Positions 57,180 to 64,000 of a stretch of 64,000 bases of DNA are shown piece by piece. Positions within the stretch are counted from its first letter, which is position 1, and every line of letters begins with the position of its first letter. The DNA lies in contig JAZQAE010000023.1 in NCBI GenBank assembly GCA_045544995.1, positions 43,138 through 107,137 on the forward strand, written 5' to 3'. Origin of the DNA: Eubacteriales bacterium. GTDB lineage: Bacteria > Bacillota > Clostridia > Oscillospirales > QAKW01. A program made the translations under genes and the position numbers. The notes below the pieces were generated by a model that saw nothing but the letters and a program-made list of their open reading frames with translations, was not told the DNA's origin and did not search any database.

Positions 57180-57221
57180 TTTTCTCAGAAAAGGCGTATG
57201 TAAATATGCCTTTTCTTATAT

Positions 57222-57296
57222 GGTGCCATAGCCAAGTGGTAAGGCCAAGGTCTGCAAAACCTTTATTCATCAGTTCAAATCTGATTGGCACCTCCA
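57222..57296 (+). tRNA. tRNA-Cys (anticodon GCA), CCA encoded
   Basis: GGTGCCATAGCCAAGTGGTAAGGCCAAGGTCTGCAAAACCTT...AGTTCAAATCTGATTGGCACCTCCA. Confidence 0.9.
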
Positions 57297-57329
57297 AAAA
57301 GTCCTGTTCGTAAGAACAGGACTTTTTTT
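57296..57329 (+). terminator. Intrinsic terminator after the tRNA cluster
   Basis: GTCCTGTTC-GTAA-GAACAGGAC followed by T7. Confidence 0.85.
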
Positions 57330-57347
57330 CAAGGAAAGGAAGCTGTT

Positions 57348-58415
57348 ATGTTAGAACGGATCGAATTGCTCCAAGAGAAATTGGAACACAATGAGGCAGT
57401 AATTGTAATGGGGGATGCAAATCGCCTTTATTTTACCGGTTTTCATTCTTCGGCAGGTGCCTTGCTCATTACCAAAACGTCGGCGTATTTTTTCATTGAT
57501 TTTCGTTATTATGAGAATGCCGTTAAAAGCATTAACCAATGCAACGTTATTTTAGCGGAACGATTGTATGATCAGCTCCGTGAATACCTTACTGCAGATA
57601 ACATTCGTCTCGTTTATACCGAAACATCCTATTTACATTTGGCGCAATTCGACGTATTAAGACGCAATCTTCCTGAGTTTGAGGTAACCTTTGATTCTAA
57701 AATGGATGCACATATCCTTGAATTGCGTAGCGTTAAAAGTTCATCTGAAATAGAAAACATAAAACTGGCTCAAAAGATTACTGACGACACGTTTTCATAT
57801 ATTCTGGAAAGAATTGCTGCCGGCCGCACAGAACGTGATATTATGCTGGATATGGAGTTCTATCTGAGAAAGCAGGGAAGTGAGGGAGTTTCGTTTGATT
57901 TTATCGTTGTTTCCGGGAAGAATTCTTCGGTTCCTCATGGGGTTCCTACAGATAAGAGGATAGAGAAAGGCGATTTTATCACCATGGACTTCGGTGCTGT
58001 CATCAACGGCTATCGGTCTGATATGACACGCACAGTTGCTTTGGGTTGTGTGAATGATGAACAGCGCCACGTCTATAATACCGTTTTGGAGGCACAAGAA
58101 CAGGCCTTTGATATCATTAAACCGGGAATTCCTTGCATCGATGTAGATCGTGTGGCCAGAGCGTACATTGCAAATGCCGGATATGATGGATGTTTTGGCC
58201 ATGGCTTGGGACATAGCATAGGGATCGAAGTGCATGAATCTCCGTCATTCAATACAAGAGACCACACAATTTTGAGGCCAGGAATGGTGCTCTCAGTAGA
58301 ACCCGGGATCTATCTTCCGGAGAAGTTTGGTGTTCGTATTGAAGATCTCGTGGTCATTACTGACGAGGGCTTTCTGAATTTAACAAATTCGCCTAAAAAT
58401 TTATTCGAACTATAA
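57348..58415 (+). CDS. M24-family Xaa-Pro aminopeptidase/dipeptidase
   Basis: MLERIELLQEK... with M24 metal ligands (..DFGAVINGYRSDMTRT.., HGLGHSIGIEVHE, ..VEPGIY..IRIEDLV). The track start at 57285 lies inside tRNA-Cys. Confidence 0.85.
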   Translation: MLERIELLQEKLEHNEAVIVMGDANRLYFTGFHSSAGALLITKTSAYFFIDFRYYENAVKSINQCNVILAERLYDQLREYLTADNIRLVYTETSYLHLAQFDVLRRNLPEFEVTFDSKMDAHILELRSVKSSSEIENIKLAQKITDDTFSYILERIAAGRTERDIMLDMEFYLRKQGSEGVSFDFIVVSGKNSSVPHGVPTDKRIEKGDFITMDFGAVINGYRSDMTRTVALGCVNDEQRHVYNTVLEAQEQAFDIIKPGIPCIDVDRVARAYIANAGYDGCFGHGLGHSIGIEVHESPSFNTRDHTILRPGMVLSVEPGIYLPEKFGVRIEDLVVITDEGFLNLTNSPKNLFEL

Positions 58416-58449
58416 AAAAGAACGACGGTTTAACCGTCGTTCTTTTTTT
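58414..58449. terminator. Bidirectional terminator shared by the peptidase and recombinase genes
   Basis: A6-GAACGACGG-TTTAA-CCGTCGTTC-T7. The recombinase stop codon sits in the loop. Confidence 0.75.
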
Positions 58450-59404
58450 GCTTAATATTAGATAGGGGGTTACTCATGGATGCCTCCTTAATAGCCTCGT
58501 TATCTACGTGGGTATAAATCTGCGTTGTACCGAGGTTTTCGTGGCCTAAAATCTCTTGCAATATACGGATATCAACGTGACCATGACGATGCATCAGCGT
58601 GGCTGCAGTATGACGTAACTTATGTGTGGACAGGTGTTTTGCATCTAATCCTGCGAGTTTTAGGTATTTTTCTACTAAATTTTGTACGGCACGACGGGAT
58701 ATTCTGCCTTTATTCCTACTAATAAACAGCGCCTCCGGGTCTTTTAATCCCTCAGTTGGACGTTCATAACTGATATAATCATCCACTGCAATTCTACAGG
58801 CTTGATTCAGGTGAATGGTGCGTTGTTTGTTGCCTTTACCGGTGATGACGACATATTCGTTTTTGATGTCCCGTACATTTAATGAAACGAGTTCTGCGAG
58901 GCGCATTCCGCAGTTTAAGAAAAGCGTTAAAATCGCATAATCTCTGCGACTATTTTTCACAACGTGCAGTAATTCGGTACTTTCTTCCAAGGTCAAATAC
59001 TTAGGGAGCGTTTTTGGCAGGGAAGGGGTTTCCACATTTTCCATCGGATTTACGGTCAAATGGTGCATTTTTTGCGTCATATATTTAAAATATGTGCGTA
59101 GCGATGACATTTTACGTGCAATCGTCCGTGAGTTGTTTTTTCGAGTTTCACGGCAATAATAGAGATAATCGTAAATATCCTTGATAGAAATTGATGAGAT
59201 GAAAGGAATATCAATATCTTGGATTGTCACGTCATGTAATTTTGTATCTCTTGAAAAATTATTTTTTATAAGTTTCATGTAACGAAAAAAGTTTTCAAGA
59301 TCCAGAATATATTCATATGTAGTTGATTTTGATTTTCCTAAAACAGTTTCCAGATAAAAGATAAAATCTTTTAACGTCTGAGGAAGGCGATCATAGTCAA
59401 TCAT
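58430..59404 (-). CDS. Tyrosine site-specific recombinase (XerC/XerD-integrase family), apparently intact
   Basis: Catalytic signature GMRLAEL (R), HKLRHTAAT (H-x-x-R), LGHENLGTTQIYTHV (H...Y); SAM-like N-domain. Confidence 0.85.
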   Translation of the reverse strand: MIDYDRLPQTLKDFIFYLETVLGKSKSTTYEYILDLENFFRYMKLIKNNFSRDTKLHDVTIQDIDIPFISSISIKDIYDYLYYCRETRKNNSRTIARKMSSLRTYFKYMTQKMHHLTVNPMENVETPSLPKTLPKYLTLEESTELLHVVKNSRRDYAILTLFLNCGMRLAELVSLNVRDIKNEYVVITGKGNKQRTIHLNQACRIAVDDYISYERPTEGLKDPEALFISRNKGRISRRAVQNLVEKYLKLAGLDAKHLSTHKLRHTAATLMHRHGHVDIRILQEILGHENLGTTQIYTHVDNEAIKEASMSNPLSNIKQKKNDG

Positions 59405-59443
59405 GATTAAAACTCCTTATAAAAATCATGGGGAAGTAACTTT

Positions 59444-59472
59444 ATTATACACCAATTATTTTATATTGTCAA
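59444..59472 (-). promoter_or_regulatory. Consensus sigma-A promoter for the recombinase gene
   Basis: The minus strand reads TTGACA-17 nt-TATAAT. The -35 hexamer overlaps the edge of the 14-bp palindrome. Confidence 0.6.
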
Positions 59473-59501
59473 CTGCACAAAATGAATATTTTGTGCAGTT
59501 G
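59470..59501. repeat. Perfect 14-bp inverted repeat with a 4-nt spacer (candidate operator/recombination site)
   Basis: CAACTGCACAAAAT-GAAT-ATTTTGTGCAGTTG. Confidence 0.8.
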
Positions 59502-59581
59502 AGGGGAGAGGAAACAGAGCCGGAGTGGGTTCCGGCTCTAAAATCGCTGTTTTTTATGCTTATTGAGTTCAATTTTTTTAT

Positions 59582-60373
59582 TTACTGCATTTCATTCAAA
59601 AAGGCTCTGATATTCTCGAAAATGTACGTGGGTGCTGCACCATCGAAGTTTTTGACGTCTTCCATTGTAGATTCACCGCTCAGCATTAATGCTGTATCGA
59701 TTCCTGCGTTACTGCCGCTTGCAATATCTGTGTACAAACGATCTCCTAATATGATAGTTTGTTCTTTAGTGAATTCTGTTTGTGCAATTGCTATGTCTAT
59801 CATCGTGGGCTCCGGTTTTCCAATAAACTTGGGACGACGCTTTGTGGCGTTATAAAGCATCTCTGCTACAGATCCACAGTCAGGAACTGATCCATACCAA
59901 GTCGGACAAACCCAGTCCGGATTGGTTGCAATATAATCAACGCCTCTGTTTAATAAGATACAGGCATCCTCCAACTTCTGAAACGCTAATTCTGTATCGA
60001 ATCCCATTACAAGACATGAAATCTCATCACTGAGCTTATCGGTGATATTCAGCCCATATAACCCAAATTCATCCTTTAAAGCCTGTGTGCCGAACACATA
60101 GATCAAGTCTTTTTTATGAGTTTCCAAGAGATATAATGCGGTGGCTTGCGCAGACGTAGTGAAATCCTTTTTCTCTGCTTTAATTCCCATGGAATCAAGC
60201 TTTTCAATGTATTTATTTACACTTTTGGAGCTGTTATTGGTTAAATACATGGTGCGTCCGCCGATTTTTTTGACATGCTCTAAAAAATCAAGTGTACCAT
60301 CAAATAATTCTTGGTCCAAATAAATTGTTCCATCCATATCTAATAAAAAAAGTCTTTTGTCTTTTAATGCCAT
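59582..60373 (-). CDS. HAD-IIA (NagD-like) sugar-phosphate/nucleotide phosphatase
   Basis: MALKDKRLFLLDMDGTIY...YLTNNSS...GDRLYTDI. The start at 60373 avoids overlap with the upstream gene. Confidence 0.8.
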   Translation of the reverse strand: MALKDKRLFLLDMDGTIYLDQELFDGTLDFLEHVKKIGGRTMYLTNNSSKSVNKYIEKLDSMGIKAEKKDFTTSAQATALYLLETHKKDLIYVFGTQALKDEFGLYGLNITDKLSDEISCLVMGFDTELAFQKLEDACILLNRGVDYIATNPDWVCPTWYGSVPDCGSVAEMLYNATKRRPKFIGKPEPTMIDIAIAQTEFTKEQTIILGDRLYTDIASGSNAGIDTALMLSGESTMEDVKNFDGAAPTYIFENIRAFLNEMQ

Positions 60374-60374
60374 T

Positions 60375-60761
60375 TTACATCGCTCCTTTGTTGTTTTTAC
60401 AGCATTCACACTGAAAAAATCCTTCTAATGTAAGATGATACCTCTCTTCGTCTGGTTTAAATCCGACGTGTGTGGCGATTTCTTGATGCTTCTTTGACAA
60501 GTAAACATCCTTTACACCGTTGATATCCATAATATTCAAGATTGCACGGCATAATCCGTCTAAAAAATCAATGTTATCATCAAACCCGTGAATTGCATGG
60601 ATCTCCCCTACTTCTTCTTTGTATGAAAAAGCGGCACATTGCAGGTTTTCATCGCCATCAATCGTAGCAATTACATGATAATCCGGCTTCCAGTCTACCC
60701 CATGAGATGTGCAGACCTTTTTAGCAAGCTCTACGTCTGTTATTTTCTTAATTTCGATCAT
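60375..60761 (-). CDS. Hypothetical protein (128 aa) with a C-terminal CECC motif
   Basis: ORF abuts the HAD gene. I recognise no family. Confidence 0.55.
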   Translation of the reverse strand: MIEIKKITDVELAKKVCTSHGVDWKPDYHVIATIDGDENLQCAAFSYKEEVGEIHAIHGFDDNIDFLDGLCRAILNIMDINGVKDVYLSKKHQEIATHVGFKPDEERYHLTLEGFFQCECCKNNKGAM

Positions 60762-60875
60762 ATGTGAACCTCTTTTTTATTATTACTGAAATCATACCAT
60801 ATTTTTTGCTTGTTTTCAAGGAAATTTGCAAGTGACAAGCGTAATTCTGCATAGAATTCAGCGAGGAGTGATTTG

Positions 60876-61553
60876 ATGCTGATACCATTGCAGAGTTTTT
60901 TGGATCGGACCGTCTTTTTAATGCTGTATTTGTCCGGTGGGGCCACTTTTCCAAAGCCACTGACTCTTGCAGAGGAACGTTATTACTTGGAGCAATATAA
61001 GGCGGGTGATTTAGAAGCCAGAAATATATTAATTGAAAGAAATCTTCGCTTGGTGGCTCATATTATTAAAAAATATTATGCGACCAGTAAGGATCAGGAT
61101 GATTTAATTTCCATCGGTACCATTGGGTTGATCAAAGGGGTGTCTACTTTTGACCACACCAAGGGTGCCCGATTGGCGACCTACGCAGCTCGTTGTATTG
61201 AAAATGAAATTTTAATGTATTTTAGAAATCAGAAAAAGCGTCAAAACGATGTAAATATCAGTGATCCAATTGAAACAGATAGTGATGGAAACGCCTTGAC
61301 TTTTATGGATGTAATCTATGAAGAGGAGCGTTTTGCCGAAGAATTGGATTTAAAGATCAACTGTAAGAAATTATATCAATATATCGAGAAAATTCCGGAA
61401 AGAGAAAAGAAAATATTGATTATGCGATACGGATTATATAATTCAACACCCATGACGCAAAAACAGGTTGCAGAAAAACTCGGTATTTCCCGTAGTTATG
61501 TATCCAGAATTGAAACGAAGGCGTTAAAGCGTCTCAGAGAATTTTATCATTAA
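60876..61553 (+). CDS. sigK: Sporulation sigma factor K (pro-sigma-K), uninterrupted
   Basis: GAGGAG lies 7 nt upstream. Pro-sequence plus FPKPLT..., NILIERNLRLVAHIIKKY, DQDDLISIGTIGLIKG, ATYAARCIENEILMYFR. Closest to clostridial SigK rather than SigE (RLVAHI vs RLVVYI). Confidence 0.85.
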   Translation: MLIPLQSFLDRTVFLMLYLSGGATFPKPLTLAEERYYLEQYKAGDLEARNILIERNLRLVAHIIKKYYATSKDQDDLISIGTIGLIKGVSTFDHTKGARLATYAARCIENEILMYFRNQKKRQNDVNISDPIETDSDGNALTFMDVIYEEERFAEELDLKINCKKLYQYIEKIPEREKKILIMRYGLYNSTPMTQKQVAEKLGISRSYVSRIETKALKRLREFYH

Positions 61554-61580
61554 AAAAGCGGTCTTTTTAAGACCGCTTTT
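61553..61580. terminator. Bidirectional terminator between sigK and the aspartokinase gene
   Basis: AAAAAGCGGTC-TTTTTA-AGACCGCTTTT. Confidence 0.8.
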
Positions 61581-61588
61581 GACTTGTC

Positions 61589-62320
61589 CTATTTCCCGGT
61601 GATGACGGTTCCGCTTAATAATTGAAAGCTCGATAAGATCTGGAGTTCAAGGTGATATTTCTTGGCCAGTTCAACGCTTCTTTTTTGCAGCACTTGAGCT
61701 CCGGAATCGCATAACTTTAACATTTGGTCATAATTGATTCGTTCTAATTTTTTTGCAGTTGGATCTTTTCTTGGATCCGAAGTGTATATTCCGTCTACGT
61801 CTTTATAAATTCTACAGCTGTCTGCATTTAATGCAGCTGCTAAAGCGACAGCGGAGGTGTCCGAGCCTCCTCTTCCCAATGTTGTTATATTTCCGTCAGT
61901 ATCTATCCCTTGAAACCCGGTCACAATGACTGCTTTTCCTGCGTTTAAATGCTTTCTTATGAATTCCGGATCGATATTTACAATGGTTGCATCTCCATAG
62001 TTTTTGTCTGTTGAAATACCGGCTTGAGCAGCATTTAATGAAATGGACGGCACTCCGATTTCATGAAGAGCAAGCGAAAGCAGTGCGGCAGAGGCCTGTT
62101 CGCCGGTGGACAATAATGCGTCCAATTCTCGCAGATCAGGTTTTACGCTGATCTCAAGTGCTTTGGCTAATAGGTGATCTGTTGTATCTCCTTGTGCAGA
62201 GACGACGGTTACGATTTGATTCCCTTCCGCCGTCCGTCGAGCGATAATATTTGCAACATTATATATACAAATTCGGTCGGCAATAGAGGTTCCTCCGAAT
62301 TTTTGGACGATCAGTCCCAT
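61589..62320 (-). CDS. Aspartate kinase catalytic (amino-acid-kinase) domain only; no ACT domains
   Basis: MGLIVQKFGGTSIAD..., ..GRGGSDTSAVALAAAL.., ..IYKDVDGIYTSDPR... Ends at ..LSSFQLLSGTVITGK, where full-length enzymes continue into the ACT repeats. Confidence 0.8.
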   Translation of the reverse strand: MGLIVQKFGGTSIADRICIYNVANIIARRTAEGNQIVTVVSAQGDTTDHLLAKALEISVKPDLRELDALLSTGEQASAALLSLALHEIGVPSISLNAAQAGISTDKNYGDATIVNIDPEFIRKHLNAGKAVIVTGFQGIDTDGNITTLGRGGSDTSAVALAAALNADSCRIYKDVDGIYTSDPRKDPTAKKLERINYDQMLKLCDSGAQVLQKRSVELAKKYHLELQILSSFQLLSGTVITGK

Positions 62321-62371
62321 GGTAACCTCCTAAAAGTTAGTATGTTTTAGACGACCTAATGTATTTTATTA

Positions 62372-62815
62372 TTAACCGCTCTCTTTTGCTACCGGTTTAA
62401 CGCTGATCACGCCATTTAACTGCTCCATTTGATGAAATAATTGCTCTAATTCAATGGTTGCATTCAACATATTAAATGAGATAGAAACGGGAGCAATTCC
62501 ATTCATAGGGACACTTTGATTAATGGTTAAGATACTGGCCCCTACATTGGAAATAAGTGTCAGTACTCGTGATAATGCGCCGATTTCGTCGGAAAGATAA
62601 AGAATTACGGTAATAATATTCTGTTTATCCTTTTCAACGAAGACGTGAACACTATCTTTGTATTTATAGAAAACACTGCGGGATATATTCACCTGCCTTG
62701 TGGCGTCGTTGATCGTCCGGCATTGACCGGTTTGCAGTAGTTTTTTTGCTTCAATTACTTTTGAAAATATTTCGGGTAGTACGGTTTTGTCAATCAAATA
62801 ATATTCTTGACTCAT
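62372..62815 (-). CDS. UPF0735/PheB-type ACT-domain protein
   Basis: Collinear with B. subtilis PheB (..YLIDKTVLPEIFSKVIEAKKLL....SRSVFYKYKDSV..., then an ACT fold). Located 51 nt upstream of the aspartokinase gene. Confidence 0.8.
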   Translation of the reverse strand: MSQEYYLIDKTVLPEIFSKVIEAKKLLQTGQCRTINDATRQVNISRSVFYKYKDSVHVFVEKDKQNIITVILYLSDEIGALSRVLTLISNVGASILTINQSVPMNGIAPVSISFNMLNATIELEQLFHQMEQLNGVISVKPVAKESG

Positions 62816-62985
62816 TCTTATGAAACTCCTTTACTGGCGGTCATTTGTCTTTCGTCAGAAAACAATATAGCATATTAACCCATAGATTGCAAGATTAATT
62901 ATTAATTTTTAAAATCATCTTTATTTTTAAGGCCACTCTATGTTATAATAATAATTACTATAATTTTACAGCATGGAGAAACAAG

Positions 62986-64000
62986 ATGTTATCAAAACGT
63001 GATTACATTAAATTGCATTTTTTGATCCAGGTTGCCTTTATTGCCGTTTTTGTTTTTTTGGCATATTTGGCTTTTCGGTATGTTTTTGGTGCCATTGCGC
63101 CGTTTATCATTGCCTTTATTGCGGCATCACTTGCAGAGCCATTCGTACGGCTATTGGTTAAGAAATTAAAGTTCCCAAGGGCTCTCGCCAGTTCGATCAG
63201 CATTGTACTTTTGCTGATTACTGTTTTAGTCGTTGGTGGTTTTCTTTCCGGAACAATTTTATCGGAAGCAAAAAGCTTGATCTCTGAGATCCCGGTGCAT
63301 ATTCGTTCGTTGATTCAATATTTTAAAGGAACACTAAAAGAAGGAACCGGAATTTTTGCTATGATTCCTGACGGGGTCTTAGAGAAGACTTTGGACTATA
63401 TTTCTAATTACGACTACACCTCGCTCTTTACCGGTTCTTTGGGAAGTCTGGTTCTCGGTTATGCCGGAAACGTCGTGACCTATATTCCTAATATTTTGAT
63501 TTTTTTCATCGTAACCGTGGTCTCCAGTGTTTTCATGTCCATCTCCTTCCCTGTTGTTAAGCGTTTTTGCCTTGCGCAGTTCCGTCGGGAACAGCAGGAA
63601 TTGTTGATTGAGATTAAGCGTAGTCTCTTCACTACAGTCGGTAAATATCTTCGCTCTTATCTATTGCTGATGCTGATTACCTTTGTGGAGTTATTCGTCT
63701 TCTTCCTGATCTTCAAATTTAAGCCTGCTCTCCCCCTTGCCTTCTTGATCGCAATCGTGGATATCTTGCCGGTTCTGGGTGTTGGAACAGTTTTGATCCC
63801 CTGGGCAGCATTCTGTTTGCTGAGCGGTGACCCTTTAAAGGCTTTGATTTTGGCTTGTATTTATATTGTAATTACCATTATACGTCAGATTTTGGAACCC
63901 AAAGTAATCGGAGATCATGTGGGAATGATGCCGATTTTAACGCTCTTTTGCATCTGGGTCGGACTTAAATTATTTGGCTTTGGCGGTATGTTTTTAATCC
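62986..64000 (+). CDS. ytvI: Sporulation integral membrane protein YtvI (AI-2E/PerM family); 3' end outside the window
   Basis: My own translation from ATG 62986 stays open to the window end. MLSKRDYIKLHFLIQVAFIAVFVFLAYLAFRYVFGAIAPFIIAFIAASLAEPFVRLLVKKLKFPRALAS... Absent from the ORF track because no stop is reached. Confidence 0.75.
   Translation, partial: MLSKRDYIKLHFLIQVAFIAVFVFLAYLAFRYVFGAIAPFIIAFIAASLAEPFVRLLVKKLKFPRALASSISIVLLLITVLVVGGFLSGTILSEAKSLISEIPVHIRSLIQYFKGTLKEGTGIFAMIPDGVLEKTLDYISNYDYTSLFTGSLGSLVLGYAGNVVTYIPNILIFFIVTVVSSVFMSISFPVVKRFCLAQFRREQQELLIEIKRSLFTTVGKYLRSYLLLMLITFVELFVFFLIFKFKPALPLAFLIAIVDILPVLGVGTVLIPWAAFCLLSGDPLKALILACIYIVITIIRQILEPKVIGDHVGMMPILTLFCIWVGLKLFGFGGMFLI

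Noticed and set aside
57023-60761. A prophage or integrative island inserted at the tRNA-Asp/Phe/Cys cluster.
   Set aside because: A housekeeping M24 peptidase separates the tRNAs from the recombinase. I found no phage, conjugation or toxin genes and no direct repeat of a tRNA 3' end downstream; the only match is a trivial AGTTCAA.
60876-61553. A skin-like intervening element in sigK, given the nearby recombinase.
   Set aside because: The sigK reading frame is continuous from the pro-sequence through region 4. The neighbouring recombinase is a tyrosine recombinase, not the SpoIVCA-type serine enzyme, and lies outside the gene.
1-64000. CRISPR arrays, rRNA genes, transposases and known defence systems (RM, TA, Abi, CBASS, retron).
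   Set aside because: No regularly spaced direct repeats, rRNA signatures, DDE/serine transposase motifs or defence-gene hallmarks turned up in any frame on inspection.

Overview
This 64-kb window is chromosomal sequence from an endospore-forming Firmicute. The gene content and order point to class Clostridia, and GC looks mid-40s percent by eye (not computed). It is almost wall-to-wall conserved housekeeping and sporulation genes. In order: spoIIIAA-AH (5' truncated), asp23, secDF, nth, rarA, split transketolase, tRNA-Gly, dCMP deaminase (comEB-like). Next comes a small accessory-looking patch: a Cys-rich protein, a lipoprotein, a ClpP-like protein, a membrane-anchored ComEC-type MBL protein and DUF3006. 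Then spoIVA, comEC, holA, rpsF-ssb-rpsR, degT/capD sugar genes, uvrBA and cwlJ-gerQ. After these lies the yicC-remA-gmk-rpoZ-priA-def-fmt-rsmB-rlmN-stp-prkC-rsgA-thiN block, fused to nusB-xseAB-ispA-dxs-tlyA-nadK-argR-recN. The window ends with rplU-prp-rpmA-obg, yerC, a methyltransferase, hslO, tRNA-Asp/Phe/Cys, an M24 peptidase, a lone tyrosine recombinase, a HAD phosphatase, pro-sigma-K, an ACT-less aspartokinase with a PheB-type ACT protein, and ytvI (3' truncated). I found no rRNA, CRISPR array, transposase, phage module or recognisable defence system, so most of the window is ordinary. The parts worth a second look cluster at 11.3-14.1 kb. Two unusually long, hairpin-dense non-coding gaps (11315-11677 and 13787-14118) bracket three poorly characterised genes. 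One is a ClpP paralog that has lost all three catalytic residues. Another is an 18-Cys protein behind a sigma-K-like promoter. The second gap holds a 272-bp, TA-flanked element closed by 22-bp inverted repeats, followed by a terminator, in the leader of the MBL gene. That element could be an unclassified cis-regulatory RNA or a MITE. Secondary items are the split aspartokinase/ACT pair and a recombinase whose consensus promoter is overlapped by a perfect 14-bp palindrome. All function calls rest on reading the translations by eye; no database search was possible.
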